IMG/VR virus record: IMGVR_UViG_2859895461_000003 | Coordinates: 25,376-89,375 of that record | From: a virus | Taxonomy: Duplodnaviria > Caudoviricetes | DNA: 64,000 nt | Strand: one strand, 5' to 3' | Shown here: positions 11,146-22,176 of the stretch, one piece after another | Numbering within the stretch: the stretch's first letter is position 1 | How the letters are laid out: every line of letters begins with the position of its first letter | Notes under the pieces: generated by a model | Databases searched by the model: none | Told to the model about the DNA's origin: nothing | Seen by the model: the letters and a program-made list of their open reading frames with translations, nothing else | Translations under genes and position numbers: made by a program

Positions 11146-11314
11146 TAAAACACCAAGTGAGGTATTAAAGATTAAAGATGAGTATGTGGCATACTGCATT
11201 GATGAGGTTATGACAGAGTTTATATATAGAATAGAGAACGGAGAAAAACCACGATTTGAAATTAAAAACAAAGATAGAAAAGATAATCCAGGATTAAAGA
11301 TGCTTTTAGGGTAA
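11093..11314 (+). CDS. Tail assembly chaperone frameshift extension (T)
   Basis: +1 frame open from CCA TTT CGT (11089-11097); TPSEV and AYCIDE motifs. Confidence 0.65.
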   Translation, partial: FVKSQKMISLMTMVKMYNKTPSEVLKIKDEYVAYCIDEVMTEFIYRIENGEKPRFEIKNKDRKDNPGLKMLLG

Positions 11315-11389
11315 TGATTAGGGTAACCATTCCAAAGTTGTAATATATAATATATAATTAATATATATTTACATATTGGAGGGGACTGT

Positions 11390-12004
11390 ATGAAGAAAAT
11401 ATTTAATAAAATTTCATTGTTATTTGTACTTATTTTATCTTTTACATTAATAGCATTGGTAGGCTGTGCTCCGAAAGAAGATCCACAGGAAGTATTAAAT
11501 ACTTATTATCAAAGTATAAAAGACGGAAAATCAGAGGAAGCTTATGAAACACTATGCGAACAAAGTAAAAAAGATTTCACAGAGGAAGATTTCACAAAGT
11601 GGAGAAATACAGAAAAAGAAGTATGTGAGTTAAAAGAGACAAAAATTGAAAAAGTTAATGAATTTAAAGGTAGTTTAGAAAATATAGAATTTAAAAATAT
11701 TGTAGAATTTAATGCAACTGAAAAAGTTAAAGATCTTTATGAAAATAAAGAAGTGGAGCAAAAACATAAAATGTATGTTGTAAATGATAATGGTAAGTGG
11801 AAAATATACTTAAATAAGAAACTAATTAAACAATTAACTAGCAATGATTTAACTCAGTTAGCACGTATGTATATGTATGGCACAGGAAATAAAACAAAAG
11901 ATTTAAACAAAGCTATTAGTCTTTTAGAGGAAGCTATAAAATTAAATCCAAACAATGAAGAGGCCAAGTCAGCATTGCCATATTTAAAAGCATCAGGTCA
12001 TTAA
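11390..12004 (+). CDS. Lipoprotein moron with C-terminal TPR-like repeat
   Basis: Signal peptide with lipobox LVGC; AISLLEEAIKLNPNNEEA; own terminator at 12031-12058. Confidence 0.75.
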   Translation: MKKIFNKISLLFVLILSFTLIALVGCAPKEDPQEVLNTYYQSIKDGKSEEAYETLCEQSKKDFTEEDFTKWRNTEKEVCELKETKIEKVNEFKGSLENIEFKNIVEFNATEKVKDLYENKEVEQKHKMYVVNDNGKWKIYLNKKLIKQLTSNDLTQLARMYMYGTGNKTKDLNKAISLLEEAIKLNPNNEEAKSALPYLKASGH

Positions 12005-12085
12005 ATTAAAAAATAAAATTAATAATTTCTAAAGAATCGCTTATGCGGTTCTTTTTTTATACCTCAAAATAGGAGGTGAGGAAAT

Positions 12086-15000
12086 ATAGGCATTGATCTA
12101 GGAAGTGTATATTCAAGTATAGATTTAAGACTAGATAAATTTGAAAGCTCTGTATCAAAAGCGATACAGGGCTTTTATAAACTACAAACAGGTGCAGAAA
12201 AAGCAAGTTCTATAATGGATAAGTCAGTTTATACTGCAGTATCTAATATAGAGAAAAGTTATAAGCTTTGGGAAAATGCTAATAAATCAAGTGGTAAAAG
12301 TTTAGAAGATAATAGTAAAAAAATTGAATCTTATAAATCTAGCATGAAACTATTAGATGATGAGATTAAGAAGTCTGAAAAGACTTTAGAAGACATAGGC
12401 AAAAAATGTGGTGAGAACTCCAAGGAATATGAAAATTTTAAATCTCATGTATTAGATTTAAAACTGAAGCACTCAGAATTGTCACAAGAATTAGAGAAAG
12501 CTAGTAAAACTACAGTTACTGTAGCTGATAAATTTAAAAATCTTGATGAAGGTTATCAAAAGACAAGTACTCAAATAAGCAATCTAGAAAAATCTTATAG
12601 ATTGCTTGATTTAACTCAAGAAAAAAGTGGCAAAGGCATCTTTGATAATTCTGAAAAGATGAACAAACTAAAAAAAGAAATGTCTTTACTAGACAGTGAA
12701 ATAAAGAAACATGAATCTCTTTTAAAAGAAGTAGAACAGGAGTATGGTAAAGATTCTAAAGAAGTTGAAGAATATAAAGGCAAAATACTAGATTTAAAGA
12801 TAGCTCATGCAGAACTTGGCTCTGAATTAAAAAAGACAGAAAAAGAAGCTACTACTTTTGCTGGTAGGTTGAAAATACTAGGTAATGAATTTGAAAAGAT
12901 AGATAAAAAATATGAAACATTTGATAAAGTAGGAGATACACTTCAAGGTATAGGTAATAAACTTACAACCCATGTTACTCTTCCTATTATAGGTGCCGGT
13001 ACTGCAGCTACTAAATTTGCATTTGATTTTGAAAGTGGTGCTGCCAAGGTAAGTACAATTGCAGATACTACAAAAGTTCCAATAGAAGATTTAAAAAGAG
13101 GAGTAATTGACCTTTCTAATAAAACAGGAATGAGTACTAAAGAATTAAATGAATCTTTATATCAAGCTATTTCAGGTTCAGTAGATACAGCTAAGGCGGT
13201 TGATTTCTTAGATGTTGCAGTTAAAGCTGCAAAAGGTGGTTTCACAGAAACATCCACTGCAGTTGATGGGTTAACTACGGTCTTAAATAGTTACGGTCTA
13301 GAAGCGGATAAAGCTACGGACATTTCAAATCAAATGTTAATCACACAAAATCTTGGAAAAACAACTTTCGGAGAGTTAGCAAGTGCTGTAGGTAAAATTA
13401 CACCAATAACAGCACAATTAGGCATAACAACAAATGAATTATTCTCTAGTTTAGCTAGTACAACAGCACAAGGTCTTGCTACAAGCGAATCTGTTACTGC
13501 TTTAAAGGCTGCAATGTCTAATATAATAAAGCCTAGTAAAGAAGCAGGGGAAGCGGCAGAACAATTAGGTATAGACTTTTCTGTTTCAGCTCTACAGAGT
13601 AAGGGCTGGATGGGATTTTTACAAGACGTAAAGAAAGGATTATCTAATGCGAGTCCTGAATTTGATAAATTGAGTCAAAGCATGAGCAATAATGCTCATA
13701 AAATGTTAGAACTGGAAAATGCGGGAAAGAAAGGTACTAAAGAATATAAGGAATTAAGCAAAGCACAAAAAAATGCAAGCAAAGATTTGGAGAGAATGGC
13801 ACAGGCAGCAGATTCTCCAATAGGTGCTATGGCTACTATGTTTGGTTCAGTAGAAGGATTAAATAGTATATTAATGCTAACCAGTGATAATGGTGTGGCA
13901 AAATATAATGCATCTATGCAAGAAATGCAAACTAATACCCATGCACTTGATGATGCATATAAAAAGATGGCTGAAACTACAGAAGCTAAATTTGGAAAGG
14001 CTATGAATAAGGCTAAAAATTCTCTTATGGAATTAGGTATAAAGGCACTTCCAATTGTAGAAAAAGGGATAAATTTAATATCACAATTTGCGGACCGAAT
14101 GAATAAATTAAGCCCTGTTACACAAGAGTTTATAATAAAAACAGCACTGGCAAGTGCGACATTAGGACCATTTATAAGTGGTTTAGGTGGTGCTTTTAAA
14201 GGCATAAATACTTTGATTAAAACAGGCAAAAAGGTAGGAGTATTTTTTGGAATATTTAAGGAAGCTTCGACTGTAGCTACTGCAGTTGAGGGTGTAGGAA
14301 CAGCTGCAAAAGTTGCTGGAGGTTCAGGAGGACTTGGCTTATTTGCAGGGGGACTTGGAGCAGTTGGTAGTATAGCATTGCCAGTGGCAGTAGGTATTGC
14401 AACGGTTGGTGGAGCTATATATCTAGCACATAAAAATACACAATATTTAAATGATAGTTGTATAAAAAGTGCTGAAGATATGGGAGTTATGGAAACATCA
14501 ATGGCTAGACTTAATGGACATACGGTTTATACTAATAAAGAATTAGAAAAAATGAATGTAAAACATAGAGAGTGGAGCAAAAAAGTAAGCCCAGAATCCC
14601 AAAAAGCCTTAGATAATATAGCTAACAAAATAGCCAATTATAATATGGAACTTAATGGAGCTTCTAAACTTGATAAATTAGCAGATGATGAAACTGGGAG
14701 AAACCTTAATGCTAAACTGGATGATATATGTAACAGTGCTATTAATAAAATAAAATCTAAGCAACCTGAAATACAAAAAACTTTAGCGGACAGTTTTAGA
14801 GCTGATGGGCTAGATGCAAATGAGAAAAAAATATTAGATTCTCTTAATAAAAGTGGAAATGATCAAATAAAAAAGATTCAAGATACAAAGAAAAAAATAT
14901 TAGATTTAGAAAAAAGAGCTAGTAAAGAAACTGGAGATGTTAGGCAAAATACACTAAAAGAGATTGAAAAATTAACCCAACAAATTGGAAATATAGAAAT

Positions 15001-17950
15001 GAAAAATACCGTTAAATCTAAACAGGAATTACTAGCAGCTCAAGCCGATTTTAATTCTCGTATGCAAAATTTAGATATGAAAGGTGTATCTAAACTATTA
15101 GAGGAAAAAGCAAAACTTAGAGATAAAGAAACAGATAAAATAAAACAAAATTATAATAAACAAATAGAATATCTAAAATTAAATGCTCAGGATGTAGATG
15201 TAGAAACTAAAAAAGCTATTAATGATAAAATTACACAATTAGAAGAGGCAAAGAATAAAGAAATAGGTGTAGAAAATGAAAAATATAAAGGTTTTTTAAA
15301 TACAGCATTAGAGCAACAACCATTATTATTACAAAATATAGATGTGCATAATGGTAAAATGTTAACTAAGCAAAAGCAACATAACCAAGAAGAATTAGTT
15401 GAATATGTAAATAAGATGGATAAGATGGATGGCATAACTAAAACAGGGTATTATCAGATAAAAAATACTGTAACGGGTAAAATGCATGATTGTTATGTAG
15501 AAGTTGATAAGTCAACAGGACAAATAACAGGTGTTTGGGATAGAACGGTTGGTAAAGTGTATGGTAATCCTATTAAAGCACAAGAACAAATAGCGCAAGA
15601 TTTAAAGAATGGTGTTCCTTTCCAAAAGATTGAAGGTAAATATTATGATTCTAAAAATAATGTTTGGAATAATGCTTTAGAAGCACAATGTAAAAAAAAC
15701 TATGGCCTTTTTGATTGGGTATCTGAAGCTTATAACTCTATTAAAAGTGCAATAGGAAGTAGCCCAATAGTTGTAGGCACTTCAGCTAGCAAAATAGCTA
15801 GTATAGGAGAGAAATGGACAGGAACTGATTACTTCGAAGGTGGTTTAACTTGGGTTGATGAGGATGGATCAGAATTAATACAATTACCAGGAAAAGGGGC
15901 CAAACTAGTAGATTTGCCTAAAGGAACTAAAATATTCAACAATACACAATCAAACTCTATGAAAGAAAGATTATCTAAAAAGCAAGTGGAAAATTCTAAA
16001 GGTTATGCTACTGGTACTGATTATGCAATTCCTGGACTACATGAGGTCGCTGAAGATGGTTTTGAAATAGTAGCATCTAGGCAGTATAGATTATTTAACG
16101 GTGGAGAAAAAGTATTTAATAATCGAGAATCTAAAAAGATATTAACATCATTGCTAGGGGATAAGGCTAATAATAACCCTGAAGATATTGCAAAAGAAGC
16201 CATGTCGGAGGCTAAAGAAAGTGTAGCTGTTAATCCTAGATCCGGTGTATCAGAGAGTGTAATGAAAGATAGATTGGCAAAACAATTAAATTGGGGAGCC
16301 AATAGTAAGAAAGAGTATCAAAAGTATTTGGAGTTTATAGATCAGTTAAATAAAGAAGAAATTGAAAAAAGTAAGGAATATCTAAAAGAAGATTATGATA
16401 ATAGATCTAAGAGCATAGAAGATAGGCTAAGGATTCTTAAGAATGAAAATTCTATAGAGTTACAAACAGAAAAGGCAAGAATAGATTCACAGATAGCCTA
16501 TTATCAAAAGTTACAAAAGAATACTAAAGATAAAAATGCTAAGGCTAATTATGCTAATCAGATAGCTGCTTTAAGACAGTATCAGAAACAAGTTTTGAAT
16601 ACTACTAAAGCGAATCAGAAAGCACAAGTTGATAGCTTAGAGCGTTCAAAAAGGGCGCTTAAAGAATATTATGATGATGGTATGAAATTACTAGACAAGA
16701 GAGAAAAAGAAGTTAAAAAATCTCTTAAAGTACAAGAGAATTCATTTAATAATACATTGAATGAATTCAATGAGGCTATAAAAAGGTTAGGTATTGATAC
16801 TAAAGATTTAAATCAAAATTTATTAAATTATCAAGCTATAATTATTCTTCAGGGAGAAAAAATAAAAGAGCTTGAAAATAGATATAAAGAATTAGCGAAG
16901 ACTTTTGGATATACAGCAGAGGAAACTGTAAAGGCTAAGAAAGCCCTTGAAGAGGCTAAGACTGAATTAATCAACATGGGGAATGCAGTTGATGATGCAA
17001 AACAAAAGATTATAGATGCTCAAAAAGAAGCAGATAAAAAAGTATCTGATAGTATTAATAATATGGTTGATAGAATTAAGTCAGCATTAAAGCAACGATA
17101 TGAAGATGAACTAAAGGCACAAGAAGATCACATAAATAATGAGCTTAAAAATTTAGATAGATGGAAAGATGAATCTATAAAAAGAATAGAGAGCTTTTAT
17201 GATGCTAAAATTGAAGCTATAGATAAACAACTTATAGAAGAAGATAAAGCTGATAAGAATGCAGAAGAACTAAAAAAAATAAATCAGCTTGAGACAGCAA
17301 TAGAATATGAACATAATGAATTTAATAAAATTGAAATACAGAAGGAACTTAATAATCTTCTTAAAGAGAGAGAAAAAAGGATTCATAAAGAACAACTAGA
17401 AGAACAAAAAGAGCATCTACAGAAAGAAAAAGAAAATGAATTAAAAAATATTAATTCTATATATGAAAGCAATAGACAAAGTTTAGAAAAACAACTTGAG
17501 GATTATAGAAGTTTCTGTTCTAAAAAAACTAATGATGCAGCACTCCAGGCTGAAGCCGAAAGAATTATAATGGACAACAATCAAAAGGAGATTATTGAAT
17601 TGTTACATTCTTATGAGGAAGCTTATCAGCAAGCAGGACAAAGCCTTGGAGAAAAACTTGTAGAGGGCTTTAAGCCTAAAATAGAGGAACTTAAGGACAT
17701 GATAGCTAGTATACAGGAAAGTTTTGAAGTTGCTAGAAATTCAGCTTTAAATTCAATGGCTGCTCGATCTTCTGCGATAAATTCAATTCAGCCATACTCT
17801 AGTAATGCAAGTTCAACTAGTATTGACAATAGTAGGAGTGTAGTAAACCACAATAGTTTTACTTTTAATAGCCCTAGAGCATTATCTCCAAGTGAAATGA
17901 TGAGAAAGAATGAAGTAATGATAAGGAATTTAAACTTTAGTACATCTTAA
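12086..17950 (+). CDS. Tail tape measure protein
   Basis: ~1950 aa, TP901-like core (LYQAISG, LGKTTFGEL); frame open upstream to ATA at 12086 behind AGGAGGTG. Confidence 0.9.
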   Translation: MGIDLGSVYSSIDLRLDKFESSVSKAIQGFYKLQTGAEKASSIMDKSVYTAVSNIEKSYKLWENANKSSGKSLEDNSKKIESYKSSMKLLDDEIKKSEKTLEDIGKKCGENSKEYENFKSHVLDLKLKHSELSQELEKASKTTVTVADKFKNLDEGYQKTSTQISNLEKSYRLLDLTQEKSGKGIFDNSEKMNKLKKEMSLLDSEIKKHESLLKEVEQEYGKDSKEVEEYKGKILDLKIAHAELGSELKKTEKEATTFAGRLKILGNEFEKIDKKYETFDKVGDTLQGIGNKLTTHVTLPIIGAGTAATKFAFDFESGAAKVSTIADTTKVPIEDLKRGVIDLSNKTGMSTKELNESLYQAISGSVDTAKAVDFLDVAVKAAKGGFTETSTAVDGLTTVLNSYGLEADKATDISNQMLITQNLGKTTFGELASAVGKITPITAQLGITTNELFSSLASTTAQGLATSESVTALKAAMSNIIKPSKEAGEAAEQLGIDFSVSALQSKGWMGFLQDVKKGLSNASPEFDKLSQSMSNNAHKMLELENAGKKGTKEYKELSKAQKNASKDLERMAQAADSPIGAMATMFGSVEGLNSILMLTSDNGVAKYNASMQEMQTNTHALDDAYKKMAETTEAKFGKAMNKAKNSLMELGIKALPIVEKGINLISQFADRMNKLSPVTQEFIIKTALASATLGPFISGLGGAFKGINTLIKTGKKVGVFFGIFKEASTVATAVEGVGTAAKVAGGSGGLGLFAGGLGAVGSIALPVAVGIATVGGAIYLAHKNTQYLNDSCIKSAEDMGVMETSMARLNGHTVYTNKELEKMNVKHREWSKKVSPESQKALDNIANKIANYNMELNGASKLDKLADDETGRNLNAKLDDICNSAINKIKSKQPEIQKTLADSFRADGLDANEKKILDSLNKSGNDQIKKIQDTKKKILDLEKRASKETGDVRQNTLKEIEKLTQQIGNIEMKNTVKSKQELLAAQADFNSRMQNLDMKGVSKLLEEKAKLRDKETDKIKQNYNKQIEYLKLNAQDVDVETKKAINDKITQLEEAKNKEIGVENEKYKGFLNTALEQQPLLLQNIDVHNGKMLTKQKQHNQEELVEYVNKMDKMDGITKTGYYQIKNTVTGKMHDCYVEVDKSTGQITGVWDRTVGKVYGNPIKAQEQIAQDLKNGVPFQKIEGKYYDSKNNVWNNALEAQCKKNYGLFDWVSEAYNSIKSAIGSSPIVVGTSASKIASIGEKWTGTDYFEGGLTWVDEDGSELIQLPGKGAKLVDLPKGTKIFNNTQSNSMKERLSKKQVENSKGYATGTDYAIPGLHEVAEDGFEIVASRQYRLFNGGEKVFNNRESKKILTSLLGDKANNNPEDIAKEAMSEAKESVAVNPRSGVSESVMKDRLAKQLNWGANSKKEYQKYLEFIDQLNKEEIEKSKEYLKEDYDNRSKSIEDRLRILKNENSIELQTEKARIDSQIAYYQKLQKNTKDKNAKANYANQIAALRQYQKQVLNTTKANQKAQVDSLERSKRALKEYYDDGMKLLDKREKEVKKSLKVQENSFNNTLNEFNEAIKRLGIDTKDLNQNLLNYQAIIILQGEKIKELENRYKELAKTFGYTAEETVKAKKALEEAKTELINMGNAVDDAKQKIIDAQKEADKKVSDSINNMVDRIKSALKQRYEDELKAQEDHINNELKNLDRWKDESIKRIESFYDAKIEAIDKQLIEEDKADKNAEELKKINQLETAIEYEHNEFNKIEIQKELNNLLKEREKRIHKEQLEEQKEHLQKEKENELKNINSIYESNRQSLEKQLEDYRSFCSKKTNDAALQAEAERIIMDNNQKEIIELLHSYEEAYQQAGQSLGEKLVEGFKPKIEELKDMIASIQESFEVARNSALNSMAARSSAINSIQPYSSNASSTSIDNSRSVVNHNSFTFNSPRALSPSEMMRKNEVMIRNLNFSTS

Positions 17951-17963
17951 GGAGGAGTAGAAG

Positions 17964-18833
17964 TTGCAAAAAATTATATTTAGAAATGAAAGGGGACAGA
18001 GTATAGAATTAGGTAACTCTGCTCCTTTTATTTTAACTAAAATTGAGATAGGAAGTCCTAAGACAACAATATTGACAAGTAAATCTCCTGGACAGGATGG
18101 TAAGACACACCATGGAACTTTTTTAGATGAGAGAATTTTACCAATAGAGGGAGCTATAGTAGGAGATACTGTAGAAGATATGTATAGAAAGAGGCAAAAG
18201 CTTTGTAGTATATTTAATCCTAAGATAAATGGTACTCTTACTTATATCAATAATGCTAGTGAGCATGTTATAAATTGTATTGTAGATAGTTCACCAACAT
18301 TTAGAGAACAAATAGATGATATGCAAGAGTTTCTAATACAATTTTATTGTCCTAATCCTTTATGGATGGATTTAATAGAAGAAAAAGAAGAAATAGCTCT
18401 TTGGGTAGGAGATTTTCATTTCCCTTTAATAATCCCAGAAGAAACAGGAATCATTATGGGACATAGAATAAGTAATTTAATAGTCAATGCTAAGAATAAA
18501 GGGGATGTAGAATGTGGAATGAGGATTGAATTTAGAGCATTAGCCACTGTAGTTAATCCTTCTTTATTTGATGTATATACCAGAAAATATATTAAAGTTA
18601 AAAGGACATTGCAAGCTGGAGATAAGTTAGTTATAAATACATCTTTTGGTAATAAAAGAGTAGAAATGATAAAAAGCAATGGAACTAAAATAAATGTATT
18701 TAATTATATAGATTTAGCAAGTGAATTTTTACAGCTAAAAGTTGGAGATAATTTATTAAGGTATGATGCAGAAAAAGGATTGGATAACTTAGAAATGGCT
18801 TTATACTATAAGCCACTTTATATAGGAGTGTAG
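17964..18833 (+). CDS. Distal tail (Dit) protein
   Basis: Follows TMP; GQDG and FYCPNPLW motifs. Confidence 0.85.
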   Translation: MQKIIFRNERGQSIELGNSAPFILTKIEIGSPKTTILTSKSPGQDGKTHHGTFLDERILPIEGAIVGDTVEDMYRKRQKLCSIFNPKINGTLTYINNASEHVINCIVDSSPTFREQIDDMQEFLIQFYCPNPLWMDLIEEKEEIALWVGDFHFPLIIPEETGIIMGHRISNLIVNAKNKGDVECGMRIEFRALATVVNPSLFDVYTRKYIKVKRTLQAGDKLVINTSFGNKRVEMIKSNGTKINVFNYIDLASEFLQLKVGDNLLRYDAEKGLDNLEMALYYKPLYIGV

Positions 18834-18836
18834 TTT

Positions 18837-19931
18837 ATGAATAAGGTACCAATTAGAATTATAGATAAAGATTTTAACTTACTAGGTGAAATAGATGACT
18901 ATGAATCTCTTATATTTATAAGAAGATTTAGCCGAGTAGGAGAATTTGAGCTTCACATAAATTTAAAAAAAAATAATGTAGATAAGCTCCAGGAGGATAA
19001 CCTAATCCTTTTAGGAGCTTATTTTAATAAAGTAGGAATTATAGAGTTTATGGATAAATCTGCGAGTGAAGATGGTAAAGAGCAGTTAGTTATTAAAGGA
19101 GCTACTTTAAAGGGGAAAATTAAAGACAGAACAACAGTACCACCTATAGGACAAGGATACGACAATGCAACAGGCACACAAGAAGCTATAATAAAAAAAT
19201 TTGTAGATAATAACGCTGTCAATCCAGTAGATAAAGATAGAATTATTCCTAATTTAGTTATTGCTAAAGATAAACAAAGAGGAAAACAAGATGCTTGGCG
19301 TACTCGCTATGAAAACTTAGCAGATAAGATACAGGAGATAACTGAATATAGTAATTTAGGTTGGGACATAACATTAGACACATATAATAATAATTTTATA
19401 TTTGATGTTATAGAAGGTAGAAATCTTACTGCAGATCAGGAAGAAAATCCTCCAGTGATTTTCAGTATGGACTTTGAAAATATTAGAAATAAGCATTTCC
19501 TAAAAAGTTTGTTAAGTTATAAAAATGTGGCTTATGTTGGAGGAAAAGGCGAAGATGAAAAAAGATTAATACAACAAGTGGGAAATATTAAAGGTTGGTA
19601 CAGGAAAGAAACTTTTATAGATTGTAGCCAGGCTGATAATATTACAGAACTTACAACTATGGGTAAACAAAGATTACAAGAATATAAGATAGTGGAAACA
19701 TTTGAAGCACAAGTAATTCCTTATGGAGCCTTTATTTATGGTCAAGATTGGGACTTAGGAGATATTGTTACTGTCCAGGATAAAAAATGGGGTGTAACTC
19801 TTAATAGTAGGGTTACAGAAATAAAAGAGATATATGAAACTAATGGTTTCAATTTAGAATGTATATTTGGAGATAGCATTCCAACTATTATAGACAACAT
19901 TAAAAAAATATCTAAAAAGGAAGTGAAATAA
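18837..19931 (+). CDS. Minor tail protein (siphovirus Gp37-like)
   Basis: YGQDWDLGDIVTV and GGKGE motifs, position. Confidence 0.8.
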   Translation: MNKVPIRIIDKDFNLLGEIDDYESLIFIRRFSRVGEFELHINLKKNNVDKLQEDNLILLGAYFNKVGIIEFMDKSASEDGKEQLVIKGATLKGKIKDRTTVPPIGQGYDNATGTQEAIIKKFVDNNAVNPVDKDRIIPNLVIAKDKQRGKQDAWRTRYENLADKIQEITEYSNLGWDITLDTYNNNFIFDVIEGRNLTADQEENPPVIFSMDFENIRNKHFLKSLLSYKNVAYVGGKGEDEKRLIQQVGNIKGWYRKETFIDCSQADNITELTTMGKQRLQEYKIVETFEAQVIPYGAFIYGQDWDLGDIVTVQDKKWGVTLNSRVTEIKEIYETNGFNLECIFGDSIPTIIDNIKKISKKEVK

Positions 19932-21778
19932 TGGAAAAGAGTGGATTTTTTAATGCTATGAAAGTAGGTGATACATGGGATAGGGTATATAAAGCAGAAA
20001 ATTATGCAGAGTATTTTGCTAGTTTTATTGGAAATGGTGTGTTTCCTAACCCATCTACAAATTTACAGGTAATAGGAATGGATAAAATGCAGGTAATAGT
20101 TAAGCCAGGCAAGGGTTGGATTAATGGCTATAAGTATGAAAACACAGATGATTTAATTTTACCTATAGATGTTGCAGATGGTGTATTGCATAGAATAGAC
20201 AAAATAGTATTGCGATACGATGTTGTTGAAAGAGAAATAAGAGCAAAGATAAAAAAAGGAGAGTTTGCTAGTGAACCTAAAGCACCGCAATTAACCAGAG
20301 ATGCTGACATGTATGAATTAGGCTTAGCAGATATAAAAGTTAATGCTGGATCTATAAGCATAACACAAGTTGATGTAACAGATCTAAGACTTAATAAAGA
20401 AGTGTGCGGAATAGTACACGGAACAATAGATCAGGTTGATACTACAACAATATTTAACCAATATTTAGAATGGTATAAGAATATAACAGGAAAAACAGAA
20501 CAGGAATTGCAAACCATAAAAGAAAATTTAGAAACAGATTTTAATATATGGTTTAATGGAATTAAAGAAACTTTAAGTGGAGATGTAGCAGGTAATCTAT
20601 TAAACTTAATTAATAAAAATAAAGATTCTATAGATACAGTACAGGACAATATAGATAAGTTAGAGAGGTCTACAACTTTACAATTGGCTGATATTACGAC
20701 ATATCAAACAGCTGGAGGAACAGCAAATGCAATAAGTTTAAATTTGTCTACTTTAGTAAATGGATATGCTACAACATTTATAGTAAATAAGAATAATAAT
20801 AAAAATGCTACAACTATAAATGGAAAACAATTATATAAACCTAATACAACTACTGCACCTAATTTAGTTACAGGAAAAGCAGTTTCAGTTTGGTATGATG
20901 CTACTAAAGATTGTTTTTTTATCAAGGCTAGTGCAGAAGGAAATGCCGTTGCTAAAGATGTACTAGCAGGAAAAATATTTAGCAATGATGACGATACTGG
21001 ATTAGTTGGAACATTAGATTTAAGTAATTTAACTTCTAATAATATAAAAGAAGGAATTACTATTAATGGTGTTAAGGGAAATGTAAAGCCTATGAAATAT
21101 GGGATTATTTTAAACCTTACAACAAAGATTGGTTATCAGACTAGTTCTGGTTATTCTATTCCTGGAGGTGGATATGTTCTTACAGGAAGAACTGGTTCAA
21201 GTTACTACATTAAATGTAATGGAATTGAATATTATTATGATTATAATAAGTCTAAACCTAATTACTTTCCAGTACCTTTTAATACTGGTCGAATTCTATA
21301 TTATAAAGGTGAACATAGATACTCTACTAAATTATCATCTATATTAAAAATATCAACTAGTCGAAGTAATGGATATGATTATGATATAATAAGTTCATTT
21401 GATATAGCACCCGCAGGGTATATGCCATATCAAATGCTTTTAGTTAATAATAATTGGATTATTTTATTTACTAAAGAAAGTGAGTGTATTATATCAACTT
21501 ATGATTTAAATTTATCTACCAAAATAAAAGAAATATCCTTAAATTTAGATAATCCTTGTTTATCTTACAATCATATATTTGATATAGGAAACAGTACTAA
21601 AATTTATGATTATACTGGAAAATTAATAAAATCAGTAGAAGTTATGAAACCATATGATAAATTAGTTGATTTAAATAAAAATGCTGCAATTGGAGAAAAT
21701 GAGTATGACTTAGGTGTAGTATTACACACTGAAGGTAGTGATTGTATGTGTGGTAATATAGTATCACCATTATTATAG
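19931..21778 (+). CDS. Baseplate/tail fibre (receptor-binding) protein
   Basis: Conserved N-terminus (GNGVFPNP, WINGY, DLRLNKEVCG), DVLAGKIF linker, divergent C-terminus. Confidence 0.8.
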   Translation: MEKSGFFNAMKVGDTWDRVYKAENYAEYFASFIGNGVFPNPSTNLQVIGMDKMQVIVKPGKGWINGYKYENTDDLILPIDVADGVLHRIDKIVLRYDVVEREIRAKIKKGEFASEPKAPQLTRDADMYELGLADIKVNAGSISITQVDVTDLRLNKEVCGIVHGTIDQVDTTTIFNQYLEWYKNITGKTEQELQTIKENLETDFNIWFNGIKETLSGDVAGNLLNLINKNKDSIDTVQDNIDKLERSTTLQLADITTYQTAGGTANAISLNLSTLVNGYATTFIVNKNNNKNATTINGKQLYKPNTTTAPNLVTGKAVSVWYDATKDCFFIKASAEGNAVAKDVLAGKIFSNDDDTGLVGTLDLSNLTSNNIKEGITINGVKGNVKPMKYGIILNLTTKIGYQTSSGYSIPGGGYVLTGRTGSSYYIKCNGIEYYYDYNKSKPNYFPVPFNTGRILYYKGEHRYSTKLSSILKISTSRSNGYDYDIISSFDIAPAGYMPYQMLLVNNNWIILFTKESECIISTYDLNLSTKIKEISLNLDNPCLSYNHIFDIGNSTKIYDYTGKLIKSVEVMKPYDKLVDLNKNAAIGENEYDLGVVLHTEGSDCMCGNIVSPLL

Positions 21779-21789
21779 GAGGTAAAATT

Positions 21790-22176
21790 ATGATATTTTT
21801 AAGTAACTTTGAAAAGGTTGAAGAAAATAAATTGAAGGTAAGATTCATACACTATATGCCTTTTGACCCTATTGACGGTTTGAATAAAACAAAAGAAGAA
21901 TTAGAATTAGAAGGAGTTCTTATAGAAAATATACCAGAACCGAAACATATTGAGAATAAACAAGCTATAATGTATTGGAATCCTGTAGATAAACAAATAT
22001 TCTATGAATATGAAGATGTCCCAAAATCTGATGAAGGATTAGAGCAACAAGCAGAATTAAATGCAAAATTGCTTAAAGATAATGCGAACATGCAAATAGA
22101 GCTAGATAAACAAAGAGAATTAAATTCAACTCTATTATTAAAAATAGCAGAATTAGGAGGTAATGCAAATGCTTAA
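21790..22176 (+). CDS. Tail-fibre-associated protein
   Basis: HYMPFD motif, precedes XkdX-like gene. Confidence 0.65.
   Translation: MIFLSNFEKVEENKLKVRFIHYMPFDPIDGLNKTKEELELEGVLIENIPEPKHIENKQAIMYWNPVDKQIFYEYEDVPKSDEGLEQQAELNAKLLKDNANMQIELDKQRELNSTLLLKIAELGGNANA

Noticed and set aside
21090-21778. Divergent tail fibre C-terminus as a DGR target
   Set aside because: No reverse transcriptase or template repeat seen in the window
1478-21848. Many short minus-strand ORFs within phage genes
   Set aside because: Antisense shadows of long plus-strand genes, without RBS or recognisable motifs
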